From assembly GCA_963695345.1 (NCBI GenBank), contig OY968769.1:576001-640000 (forward strand): DNA of 64,000 nt, in the 5' to 3' direction. How positions within the stretch are numbered: the first letter of the stretch is position 1; each line of letters begins with the position of its first letter. The position numbers and the translations under genes are program-made. Below the pieces are notes generated by a model that made no database searches, was not told the DNA's origin, and saw only the letters and a list, made by a program, of their open reading frames with translations. Source of the stretch: an uncultured Methanomassiliicoccales archaeon (GTDB lineage: Archaea > Thermoplasmatota > Thermoplasmata > Methanomassiliicoccales > UBA472). Below, piece after piece: positions 22,265 through 31,829 of this stretch.

Positions 22265-23152
22265 GCATGCATTGGACTGCGTCAGGAAGGCCGGCCGTAT
22301 CGCCGGCGAAGCGCGTGAGCTGGGCGTAAGCCTGGTGGCGCCGAACGTACCCTTGGTCAAGGTGGCCGAGGAAGTGGAAGCTTACATTTATGAGAAGGGT
22401 GCCAGACTGGCATTCCCGACCAATCTCTGCATCAACGATGTGGCGGCGCACTTTTCGCCGAACCTTCACGACGACACACGTTTCTCCATACGGGGACGTC
22501 GTCAAGGTCGACGTCGGTGCGCACGTGGATGGATATATCGGCGACACTGCTGCTAGCGTCGAGGTGGGCACCAAGAACTGGACTGACCTGATCAACGCGT
22601 CGGCCCGCGCACTTACGTTCGCCACCGAGATGATCGCTGACGGAACGCCGGTGAATGCCATCGGCGGAGCCGTCGAACGCAGCATAAAGGAGTCGGGCTT
22701 CCGCCCAGTGGTCAATCTGAACGGCCACGAGGTGAAGCAGTACAACCTTCACGCCGGGCTTTCCATCCCTAACTATGATGATGGGACGACCACCAAGGTC
22801 CGAGATGGCATGACCATCGCGGTCGAACCGTTCGCCACGAACGGTGCTGGCTCTGTCGACAACGCCAAGGCCGGCAATATCTACCGCATAATTCGTGACC
22901 GGCAATTGAAGGACGCGGAGACCATGCGCCTGTTCGAGCAGATCAAGACCGAGTTCGGCACACTGCCGTTCTGCGAACGCTGGTGCCAGAAGCTGGACAA
23001 GGATGCGCCGCACCTGCTGAAGAACATGTTCCGGCACGGGGTCATCATGAGCTATCCGATGCTGCAAGGAGACGAAACACGGGATGGTGTCGCAGACGGA
23101 GCATACCCTTGTGATCGTGAAGAACCGCTGCGAGATCACCACCAAGGTGTAG
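22257..23152 (+). CDS. map: Type II methionine aminopeptidase (frameshifted)
   Basis: AFPTNLCINDVAAH, KVDVGAHVDGYIGDTA, NLNGH...LHAG.SIPN, AVEPFAT, LPFCERW, SQTEHT. Confidence 0.92.
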
Positions 23153-23229
23153 TCCAGCCAGTATCCGCAAGCCCGACCCCGGGCTCATAAGCTTTAATTA
23201 GCCCAGCGGCATTACGCAGGAACACTGAT

Positions 23230-23317
23230 GCGAGGGTAGCCAAGCCAGGTCAAAGGCGACAGACTCAAGATCTGTTCCTGCAGAGGTTCGCCGGTTCAAA
23301 TCCGGCCCTTCGCACCA
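23230..23317 (+). tRNA. tRNA-Leu(CAA), CCA encoded
   Basis: GCGAGGG acceptor, anticodon arm ACAGA-CTCAAGA-TCTGT, long variable arm, GGTTCAAATCC T-arm. Confidence 0.95.
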
Positions 23318-23356
23318 TCTATCCGAATCCAGGCATTTCTTTTCTATTTTCAATCG

Positions 23357-23778
23357 GTGGGGAAATGTTCTTTGAAGTATCCAGTGGAGTTGCTCAGGGA
23401 CGTACGAGTACCGAATACAATCCCGCCAGGAACTGAAACAAAACATTTCCCCGATTGGGATGATCGGATCATTAATGGAGCAACGCCGCTCCATGGAATC
23501 ACGAATAATGCCAGACATTTCCCGAGACCGGAGACACTATATCAGAAAATGGCCTCTTTGGCAGCACTGGCCGTAGAGGGCTGCAGCCCCTTTACGGCAA
23601 GCGAAACCATAATGGAAACAGCGTTCAGCATGATCAGTAGGTTGTTCGGATATCGGATTGGACGCCGTTCGAAAACGGGTCGGAAAAATGAGGTCCAAGC
23701 CAAGATTGCCATGTTCAATTTATTATTGCTGGCTGGGAAAACGGTTGGTTTACAGAATTAGTTTTGCACCAGGGTCGA
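23357..23778 (+). mobile_element. Degenerate IS5-family (IS903-like) transposase remnant
   Basis: C-terminal METAFSMISRLFG...RSK...NEV..KIA.FNL matches the IS5 DDE C-terminus; TTTTGCACCAGGG just after the stop resembles an IS903-group end. Confidence 0.6.
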
Positions 23779-24136
23779 ATCGAACAGATGACTAGAGAGA
23801 TATGCAGCCGAACCCAAATGGATACTGCATTCTTGCGCACATAGTATGTCAACGAAGAAAGTTGGACCTGTTCTTCATGATCTAGCTAGAACCATCGAAA
23901 CCGATTAGCCCAACTATCGTCCTTTGACGGAACCTACACTGATCCTTTCCGGTTGTGCCACATTCGCGGTCGGGAATGTTCGTTGCTGTAAATATCCCAA
24001 GGTTATCGAAAAGTGAAGAATAATGCCAATTTCTTCTTATATATCGTTCGATCGTGTGAAGTAAGAAGACATTCTCACCGAAAATGATGTGACGTATGAG
24101 ATATGTTGTTCTTGGACAAATGTCAAGTCCTCATTA

Positions 24137-24529
24137 TTAAGATTGGACGAACTTTATATATTCCAACGATTCATCCTTCTGGAATGCCGCCAGCATCTGC
24201 TTGACCGAATCCGCTTTCCCAGAAACAAAGAACACGTCAAGGCACTTGCCATTCTTCAGGTGGGAATGGACCTGGGTGGCGATGTTCTTCTGATATTCGT
24301 GGCGTACGTCGTCGAGCTCATGATCGCCACTAGCCTTATGGACTACAATTAATATCCCATCAATATCACCGGTCAACTTTTCCCTTTCCTTGATTTCCAT
24401 TTCGGCCGATCTGAGACAAACCCGAATGGCTTCGGACCGGCCTGCCAGGCCAAGCACGCTCTGGAGCTTGTCAAGGTCCTCTAGGTTCTTCTCAGTGAGG
24501 GATACACTTATAATAGACATATTACGCAT
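24137..24529 (-). CDS. NikR/CopG-family ribbon-helix-helix metalloregulator
   Basis: IISVSL...LD......GRSEAIR RHH domain plus C-terminal H..HEY...THSHL...CLDVF metal-binding domain. Confidence 0.88.
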   Translation of the reverse strand: MRNMSIISVSLTEKNLEDLDKLQSVLGLAGRSEAIRVCLRSAEMEIKEREKLTGDIDGILIVVHKASGDHELDDVRHEYQKNIATQVHSHLKNGKCLDVFFVSGKADSVKQMLAAFQKDESLEYIKFVQS

Positions 24530-24546
24530 TGGGATGTAATTGTTAA

Positions 24547-24607
24547 TATGATATTTATATATCACTGGTGACAAGTTAATAGCTTATGTTATATAATATG
24601 TTATTAA
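24547..24607. promoter_or_regulatory. Divergent promoters with palindromic candidate operators between the regulator and the ABC transporter
   Basis: TGATAT-TTAT-ATATCA (24549-24564) and imperfect TTAATAGCTTAT...ATATGTTATTAA (24576-24607), both overlapping TATA-like boxes. Confidence 0.5.
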
Positions 24608-24627
24608 TTAAGTGACAAGGTGGTATT

Positions 24628-25983
24628 TTGAAATTAACTCGCAAGGCACGAATAGTCGTGGCAATTGTTCTGGTAGGTCTATTGGTAATATCCGGCGGTA
24701 TTATTCTTACCAGTTCTCAGAGTACGAAACAATCAGGCAAGTTACTGGTTACGGCAAGCTTCTACCCCCTGTATTACTTCTGCAACGAGATAGGAAAGGA
24801 TAGGGTCGAAGTGAACATGCTCATCCCGGACAACGTAGAACCTCACACCTGGGAACCGGCCCCGTCCGATCTGATCAAGGTCTCAAACTCAAAGGTCCTG
24901 GTCTATAATGGCGTTAACTTCGAACCATGGATGTCGAGCTTCCTTGGCCAGGTCGATCAATCAAAAGTTAGCGTCGTTGATACCAGCGCTGGTGTGGACC
25001 TCCTCTTGTCCGACACCGTGATCTGGCCCTACGATCAGGCAGTTGCGCTTCTTGCTGACGGTCCAAATCTGTCCGCAGCTACTTCATTGGACCGGTTAAA
25101 TGCCCAGGTCGTTGAAGCAGCGCCAAGCGTTGTCACCGTCGAGATTTCCAGTGATGGATCTGGCTTTTCGGGCTACCTGCGTCTGAACCTGACCACACCT
25201 GACGATTTTAGAATCTTCATGACCAATGACACGCAGTTCGAGGTTCAGTACGACGACGGGACGACAATAACTCCAGAGCTGACGCTTGGATACGAAGACC
25301 GATATCCCTTTTTCAACAACTCGAAGTTCATGGGCATGGAGTCCGAAACCACCGGCATGTACTACATGCATTTCACTTCTGCCAGCAACCAGACCAAAAT
25401 GGTGATCGTTCAAGGCAGTGGAGAGGAAGAGGTGGAAGGAGTTGTGCACGAGCATGGAGTCAATGACCCGCACTTCTGGATAGACCCCATCTCAGCAAAG
25501 GTCCAAGTGAATAACATCGCCCACGCCCTCGAGACGGCTGACCCTGCGAATGCGACTTTCTATCAAGCGAACGCAGATAATCTAAATGATAGACTGGACA
25601 GTCTGAATCAGGAATACGTCGTGGGTTTGCAGAACCGCACTAAGAACGCGATCATAACTACCCATGAAGGTTTCAATTACTTGGCCCAGCGTTACCACTT
25701 TGATGCCTACGGAGCAGTGGGAATATCTGGAGACAACCAACCAAGCGCCCAGGATATTGCCGCCTTGGCGGATCAGGTCCGAGCCCTTGATTTGCATTAT
25801 GTCTTCAGCGAACCGGTATTCTCAGATGCGGTCATTGACACCGTTGCCAGCGAGACCGGGGCCCAGGTGCTGGTATTGGATGGAGTACATGGTCGGTCTG
25901 GTGTGCATGTCGACATGGACTATTTCCAGATCATGCGTGCCAACCTCGAAGCCCTTGAGAAAGGGCTAGAGGTAACCTCATAA
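24628..25983 (+). CDS. Zn/Mn ABC transporter substrate-binding protein (ZnuA/AdcA-like) with inserted domain
   Basis: N-terminal TM anchor; SFYPL, EPHTWEP, DPHFW.DP, THEGF.YL, FSEP; about 140-aa insert before DPHFW. Confidence 0.9.
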   Translation: MKLTRKARIVVAIVLVGLLVISGGIILTSSQSTKQSGKLLVTASFYPLYYFCNEIGKDRVEVNMLIPDNVEPHTWEPAPSDLIKVSNSKVLVYNGVNFEPWMSSFLGQVDQSKVSVVDTSAGVDLLLSDTVIWPYDQAVALLADGPNLSAATSLDRLNAQVVEAAPSVVTVEISSDGSGFSGYLRLNLTTPDDFRIFMTNDTQFEVQYDDGTTITPELTLGYEDRYPFFNNSKFMGMESETTGMYYMHFTSASNQTKMVIVQGSGEEEVEGVVHEHGVNDPHFWIDPISAKVQVNNIAHALETADPANATFYQANADNLNDRLDSLNQEYVVGLQNRTKNAIITTHEGFNYLAQRYHFDAYGAVGISGDNQPSAQDIAALADQVRALDLHYVFSEPVFSDAVIDTVASETGAQVLVLDGVHGRSGVHVDMDYFQIMRANLEALEKGLEVTS

Positions 25984-26009
25984 ACCCTTTCCCATATTGG
26001 GTGTGTCAG

Positions 26010-26789
26010 ATGAGTGAGAAGATAGTGGAGGTTAGCGATGTCGTTGTTAAGTACGGCGGCAACACGGTGCTAGACCGGGTTTCCCTGGACGTCTTGAGGA
26101 AAGACTTCCTGGGGATCGTCGGTCCAAATGGCGGAGGAAAGACGACCCTCCTGAACGCCATCCTAGGCAACGTCAAGATCTCCTCCGGACACATTAAGCT
26201 GTTCGGCACCGAACTCAACCACTTCAAAGACTTCAATAAGATTGGATACGTCTCTCAGCATGCTATCCAATTCGATCCTCTTTTCCCAGCGACCGTCGAG
26301 GAGATAGTCCGCCTAGGGTGCCTATCCAGGAAGAGGCTGGGGAGAAGGCTAACGGCGGAGAACAAGAAAGAGGTCACCGCGGCGATGGAGCTGGTCGGGA
26401 TTATGGATATCCGCAAGAAAAAGATCAGCGAGCTATCGGGAGGTCAGAAACAGCGGATCTTTATTGCCAAGGCCCTCGTCCGTAAGCCGGAGCTGTTAAT
26501 TCTCGATGAAGCGACCAGCGGTCTGGACGTTTCTATCCAGGACAGGTTCGTTCACCTTCTGAGCCAGCTGAAAGAGGAACAGGGGGTCACGGTTATCACG
26601 GTATCCCACGACCTTTCCGGGGTCATGTGCCAAGCCAACAAATTGGCCATAATCAACAAGAGGCTTGAATTCACGGAGATAGAGGAAGGGAGCGATCCCA
26701 CTGATGCGTTGAGGGACGCCTACGGGGAGCACTTCACCTTCGTTTTCCACCACCTTAGAGATACCTGCATTGGACACGAACATGGGTAG
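26010..26789 (+). CDS. Zn/Mn ABC transporter ATP-binding protein (ZnuC-like)
   Basis: GPNGGGKTT, LSGGQKQR, LILDE, VSHDL; His-rich tail. Confidence 0.93.
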   Translation: MSEKIVEVSDVVVKYGGNTVLDRVSLDVLRKDFLGIVGPNGGGKTTLLNAILGNVKISSGHIKLFGTELNHFKDFNKIGYVSQHAIQFDPLFPATVEEIVRLGCLSRKRLGRRLTAENKKEVTAAMELVGIMDIRKKKISELSGGQKQRIFIAKALVRKPELLILDEATSGLDVSIQDRFVHLLSQLKEEQGVTVITVSHDLSGVMCQANKLAIINKRLEFTEIEEGSDPTDALRDAYGEHFTFVFHHLRDTCIGHEHG

Positions 26790-26797
26790 GGAATGAA

Positions 26798-27658
26798 ATG
26801 GCTGCATCTTTCGATATCATTGCTATGTTCAGTTACGCATTCTTCCAACACGCGTTTATTGGCGGTATCTGCGCAGCGATCCTATGCTCAATACTTGGCG
26901 TGTTCATTGTCCTAAAGCGAGCGGCGCTGATCGGAGAGGGCGTGGCTCACCTTTCCTTTGGAGGAATTGCGTTAGGCCTGTTCCTGTCGATATATCCCCT
27001 GGATAGCGCATTGGTGTTGTCGCTGATCGGTATCTTTGTCATCGCATACATGCAACGCAAGAAGATCGTCTATTCAGAGATGGCCATCGGCATAATGATC
27101 TCGTTTGGGTTAGGGCTTGGCGCGGTGTTGTCCAGCCTTAAGGGTGGGTTCAATGTGGATTTGTTCTCATACCTATTTGGATCGATCCTGACCATCACGA
27201 CCGAGGATACGTATATGATCATAGGATTGTCCGCCGCCGTCCTAGCCTTCGTGCTACTGTTCTTCAAAGAGCTTATGCACATGACCTTCGATGAGCCGGG
27301 CGCAAGGCTGGCAGGCGTGCCGACAATGCTATTCGACCTTGCATTTAATGTGGTCCTGGCGATTACTGTCGTCGTCTCGATCAAGGTGATCGGGTCGCTG
27401 CTCGTGTCAGCCCTTCTGATAATACCAGCGTCCTCAGCCATGCAGCTTTCGAAATCGTTCCGCGGGACCGTTTCAATAAGCATCATATTGGGCGTTATCG
27501 CGGTGGTGCTAGGTCTCATAACTTCGTTCTTATATGATGTTGCCACCGGTGGGGCGATTGTCCTGTTTAGTATCATGATATTCCTGCTGTGCGTCGGGCT
27601 CAAGAGATTCATAGGTAATGAGGAAATTGAGGTCGTAGCCGATAAGGCTAAGATATGA
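26798..27658 (+). CDS. Zn/Mn ABC transporter permease (ZnuB-like)
   Basis: GEGVAHLSFGG, YLFGSIL, FDEPGA...G, GSLLVSALLIIPA. Confidence 0.93.
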   Translation: MAASFDIIAMFSYAFFQHAFIGGICAAILCSILGVFIVLKRAALIGEGVAHLSFGGIALGLFLSIYPLDSALVLSLIGIFVIAYMQRKKIVYSEMAIGIMISFGLGLGAVLSSLKGGFNVDLFSYLFGSILTITTEDTYMIIGLSAAVLAFVLLFFKELMHMTFDEPGARLAGVPTMLFDLAFNVVLAITVVVSIKVIGSLLVSALLIIPASSAMQLSKSFRGTVSISIILGVIAVVLGLITSFLYDVATGGAIVLFSIMIFLLCVGLKRFIGNEEIEVVADKAKI

Positions 27659-28200
27659 ACCCGGGGCTGAAGAAACGACTTTTTATTCCCTGGCGTAACC
27701 AAGAGCCCATATTAATCTCCTAAGACCGCTCAAAGCTTCAATAGTGTAAGCCTGTCGAACAGCCTCTTTTATTGGGATAAAAGCTAGCGTTTGCGCTGTT
27801 CATGGTGATGCATTCGGTGTCCGAGGGGACCATTGGTAAGGAGAGTCAGAGAAATTGAACGGCGATTGCCAGTTAAAGAAACAAATGACGAGAGTATCAT
27901 CAACAACTCATGGTGGGCGAACGGCATTCCTCTTGGTTACCAGTCTTTAACCTCTTTGTAATGAAGGACCGGGTCTCGATGATTGAATAGGTTTGTAGCA
28001 TTTGCCACTTTTATTTGTTGTTTGTTGTTGGAGTCATTCTACCATTTTTCGAAATAGTCTGATTGATAGGATGATATGTTTATTGCTTGGAGCTTGTAAT
28101 TATAATGCCAATTAATTATATATTAATAATATTAATTATTAATAGATGCTCAATATTCCAAATAATTTATGAATTATATAGCAATTGATACTAATAGATA

Positions 28201-28229
28201 TTATAAAATATGATATTCATAATATCATA
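28201..28229 (+). promoter_or_regulatory. TATA box followed by perfect palindromic operator
   Basis: TTATAAAA (28201-28208) then TATGATATT-CAT-AATATCATA (28209-28229). Confidence 0.6.
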
Positions 28230-28232
28230 GTG

Positions 28233-28286
28233 ATGCCAAGACCGAACTGCAAACAGTGCATTACGAATGCACTCATGCTGACTTAG
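28233..28286 (+). CDS. Putative 17-aa leader peptide MPRPNCKQCITNALMLT
   Basis: ATG about 25 nt after the TATA box (leaderless position); CxxC motif; TAG stop; overlaps the 5' arm of a 15-bp stem. Confidence 0.4.
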   Translation: MPRPNCKQCITNALMLT

Positions 28287-28357
28287 CCACCCCATCGATT
28301 TCCTCCATTTGAGTCGAACTCAGCAGTTCGGTCTTGGTAATACTTAACGAGGTTCGA
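28236..28357 (+). ncRNA. Structured leader / small RNA candidate
   Basis: Perfect 15-bp inverted repeat 28236-28250/28323-28337 enclosing hairpins 28255-28273 and 28280-28315. Confidence 0.55.
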
Positions 28358-28359
28358 AA

Positions 28360-28821
28360 ATGATAGGTAACGAGATGCTGGTACAGGCCGAAACGATCCA
28401 TAGATTCGGAATCATTGTCCATTTCAAGAGGTTAACCACACCCACTGAAATCACCCATCTGGTTGAGTTGATAATGTCAGAAATTATCTGGGATTGTAAA
28501 AGTGGCGAGTCCCGCCCTATAGGGATATTGGCCTGTCAAACTACGGCAGAAGACAGGAATATCTCTGTAAAAGTCGTTAAGCATGATGGGAGAATCGAGA
28601 TTTCCGGAGCTGTAAAGCATACGACAAACAAAATATATATTGATATCGATTTAAATATTCCGGGCTTTCCCGATTCCCTTTATTCAGACCTTATCGGTCA
28701 CGCATTCGAGCATTTTATCCCCCAGATTGGATACTTCGAGATTAAGGAGGAAGGACAAACAATAAGGTCGATGTTTGAAGGAAGGACCAATTCACGGTCC
28801 CAACCAGTCAATGTTGTTTGA
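28360..28821 (+). CDS. Hypothetical protein, possibly a divergent CobW-C/GHIK-like metal-chaperone domain
   Basis: 153-aa ORF with GAGGT RBS; alternating beta/alpha pattern and C..G..RPIGILA reminiscent of C..G..LIGHIKA proteins (from memory, unverified). Confidence 0.5.
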   Translation: MIGNEMLVQAETIHRFGIIVHFKRLTTPTEITHLVELIMSEIIWDCKSGESRPIGILACQTTAEDRNISVKVVKHDGRIEISGAVKHTTNKIYIDIDLNIPGFPDSLYSDLIGHAFEHFIPQIGYFEIKEEGQTIRSMFEGRTNSRSQPVNVV

Positions 28822-28952
28822 GCGAAATGGTGGGTCACAGGTCATTTGTCTGGGCTTTCTGAGGATGGAAGGCTCGATTGACCTTTCTAATCTTGACACT
28901 CGCTCCGATAGCGTGTGTCAAACCAAAAAGCCATGCAGATTTCGATTTAGGA

Positions 28953-29460
28953 AACTGAGTTGAATAACCCGACCCAACACGCAGCCTTCTTCAGAATTGA
29001 GTACTCGACGAACATGCTTTCTGCTTCTTTCATGGCGAGGTCAGGTAGTTTCGATCTGACTTATTCGCTCACCCCCCGTTTGATGGCAGAGAACATCGTC
29101 CCCTCCTGCCATCGAACGTCATTCCTATGTCTCAGCTTCCACAGCACCTCTCCCAGGTCATTCCTCTCATGCAAAACCTTTAGCCGTGTCAGCGAGTGAA
29201 CTAGGCATTTTATATGCATGCGTTCTAGCGCAAACTGATGGCCGGTTCGATCCCTTCCCCATGGATATGATCAAAGTTGTCCAAGATGTCATCTCCGCTG
29301 TCCGCAAGCAATGGGCGATCTGGCCCGAAAGCAGGCGGAACGCCTGCTACGGACATTGCGTCGAATTCACCTCTCCTGAACTGCTTGCCAAATTCGATCG
29401 CATCGATATTCATTCCCGAAAAGAGCCCACGCCCAGCCTGAGAGACCAAAAACACTAGGA
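28953..29460 (-). mobile_element. Pseudogenised IS5-family (IS903-like) element
   Basis: Minus-strand fragments LLADSGDD..DNFD...GIEPAISLR* and W.LRH..RW.E.TMFSAIKR..SE*VRSK with internal stops; end GGTTATTCAACTCAG resembles the IS903 terminal repeat. Confidence 0.65.
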
Positions 29461-29560
29461 AAATGGAGAATGAATTATCCAGCTGAGATGCTAGGCAAAT
29501 ACCTCAATCTCAATCGAAACCGTTAAATCAAATCGCTTCACAAAACATTTACCGATGTGA

Positions 29561-30850
29561 ATGAATACCAGAAATGTACCAGAAGATGCACTGCCCATTC
29601 TTGAGGATTTGAAGAAATTCGGCTTGATCGATGCAATCCTGGGTCGACGATCGCGAAGATTCTTTCTGGGAGCAGAAATCCCTGACGGAGTATTTGCATA
29701 CCGCTCTAAGCACGATCCATTACCGTTGACGGAGATGGAGAAGTTGCTCATCCTAACTGCATGTGGCAGCGGCAATGGATGGCATAACATGCACATCAGA
29801 GCGGAATCGTATAAGCCATTCCTATCCAACTATTCGGCGGCCGCGGGGGGCCGAACCTTCCCTTCGGCTGCGGGTTTTCACACCAGCATGACATTCTTCA
29901 CGGATGATGATGGAGTCTATGTACTCAATTGCAGGGATGCTCCATCCACCCCAAGGAATGATGACGGTTCGGTCGACTTGGAGGACAGCATGGATGGCGT
30001 AAGGAAATCCATCAAAAAGATCCAAGGGTCACGGCTGACCATTCCTAACCGACCCCCGTTTGTTGAGCCTCACAACACCTGGGTAGCTAACGGGCCGGGG
30101 TCCATGTTGGTGATACCAGTCGCAGATGTAGCCCAACATGTTCTGCTGGGACTCTGTTACCTTCTTCAGAACGGAATAGTGGTGAAGGATGACATCAACA
30201 ACCGATCTATTCCCATGATTGAGAAGTTCAAGGACATGGTTGACGTGAATAACGCTTTACCCATCACCTTCCTGGACCAACTGGCACTTCTAGAGGTTTC
30301 GGCAGAGCTTTCGACGAGTTGTTATGCCGGTGCGTTGATGCTGCAGGCCATGGGGCTCGGCGGCTGGATGTACGATGGCATTGATCCTTTCACCATCCTT
30401 GGCGCCAGCGGCGATCCCGCAGCCAAAGGTCTTGGATTCAGATATGATACCGATGAAAAGTGGCCCTATCCCAATCCGACTGGCCTTGAAGGGATCATGG
30501 AAGGGTATTGTCCTCCGCATTACAAAGATATGAGGGAGGCGGTGGAGGCTGTGGTTGAGCGCAAGTTCGGCCCGGGCGGCCCGTTCAATCCGGATTCGCC
30601 AGGGCCCTGGAAGTCGACGCGCGAAGTGCGCTCTGCGGCCCAAGTACACAGTGAGGAGTTCAGGGAATGTGTGGCGTTGCAGGCGCAATACATTTTCGAC
30701 ACATTCGGAAAATTCCCGGCGACGATACCGTCGATCATGTGTTCGGTATATCTTCAAGCTCACCATCTGGACCTTGATTTCTATGATCACTTTTTCGAGT
30801 CGGGAGCATACCTAAAGACCCACGCGGATCATATGAAAACGTGGCATTGA
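29561..30850 (+). CDS. Conserved hypothetical protein, nitroreductase-like
   Basis: Intact 429-aa ORF; AILGRRSRRF, RTFPSAAG and LMLQAMGLGGW resemble the FMN-binding motifs of the nitroreductase/SagB superfamily. Confidence 0.6.
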   Translation: MNTRNVPEDALPILEDLKKFGLIDAILGRRSRRFFLGAEIPDGVFAYRSKHDPLPLTEMEKLLILTACGSGNGWHNMHIRAESYKPFLSNYSAAAGGRTFPSAAGFHTSMTFFTDDDGVYVLNCRDAPSTPRNDDGSVDLEDSMDGVRKSIKKIQGSRLTIPNRPPFVEPHNTWVANGPGSMLVIPVADVAQHVLLGLCYLLQNGIVVKDDINNRSIPMIEKFKDMVDVNNALPITFLDQLALLEVSAELSTSCYAGALMLQAMGLGGWMYDGIDPFTILGASGDPAAKGLGFRYDTDEKWPYPNPTGLEGIMEGYCPPHYKDMREAVEAVVERKFGPGGPFNPDSPGPWKSTREVRSAAQVHSEEFRECVALQAQYIFDTFGKFPATIPSIMCSVYLQAHHLDLDFYDHFFESGAYLKTHADHMKTWH

Positions 30851-31226
30851 TGTCCCCTGGGCAATATTCTGAACATCCGTGGCTCCTAATGGACAGGGAA
30901 AAAATGCAAATCAACATGAGGGTCGGGAGGAAATGGCTGGAACCAATTGTGGTCGCTATTCCAGCCTCGCCTCGAAAATGGCTCACGCAGGTCATGACAC
31001 AACCGTTCAGGGATATTGCACGATGGAAGAGGACCATTACTGCGATATGCTCTGAATCGTTCGAGAGGATGATCTCCCTGAAATGATTTGAACCTCGATG
31101 AACTGGCCCGACCTGCCTGACCATTTGCCTATTCCTTTCGATCAGATTTAGAAATGGACCACTCGTCCGACCGAACAATCTCTTGGGGCATTTCCGCTTG
31201 TTTATGAAATGAGGTGGATGAATACC

Positions 31227-31829
31227 TCAAAATATCTTTTCCGCCACGTTCTTGGCCACGAAACCGTCCACAAAGCAATAGATGACGAACATGAGGATCG
31301 AGGTCAATATGCCAGGGACCACTGTCGTCAGCAACAGTTGGGGAATGGAGACCACTATCAACGCGACCAGCAACAAGAAACCGTGGGCCAGTAGTGCGGT
31401 CCACTTTGAATCCGACCTGATGTGCCAGAAGTACGAGGATAGGTTCACGTTCAGCCACCCTATGACGTAGACCAGCGCCAGCACCCCTATGATCAGGCCT
31501 ATCACAGATCCAACCGCGACCAGGAAAACCAGGACCAAAACCCACCCGATGACTATTCCGAACATCACTAGGGAGAAGACCAGTCCATGTAGGAAATATT
31601 TCTTGACATCTTCGAACGTCATGCTCTTGCTATGGATCTTGTATTGTTCAGAAACCGGTTCAACCGATGTCGGGTGCTGGACCATTTCAGGCGCAGGGGG
31701 CGATCCCTCGTTTCCCGAGTGGCCTGTGGGTATCCAACTGCCGCAGAATCTGCATTTGATGGTTGAACCATCTTTGGAACTCCCCGGCTGGCTTGTATCG
31801 ATCTCGTTCCCGCAATACGGACACTTCAT
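31227..31829 (-). CDS. Zinc-ribbon membrane protein
   Basis: CPYC...CRFC N-terminus followed by about 4 TM helices. Confidence 0.7.
   Translation of the reverse strand: MKCPYCGNEIDTSQPGSSKDGSTIKCRFCGSWIPTGHSGNEGSPPAPEMVQHPTSVEPVSEQYKIHSKSMTFEDVKKYFLHGLVFSLVMFGIVIGWVLVLVFLVAVGSVIGLIIGVLALVYVIGWLNVNLSSYFWHIRSDSKWTALLAHGFLLLVALIVVSIPQLLLTTVVPGILTSILMFVIYCFVDGFVAKNVAEKIF

Noticed and set aside
28236-28337. 15-bp inverted repeat considered as a retron msr-msd or a MITE
   Set aside because: No reverse transcriptase nearby, no target-site duplication and no second copy in the window; kept as a leader/sRNA candidate instead
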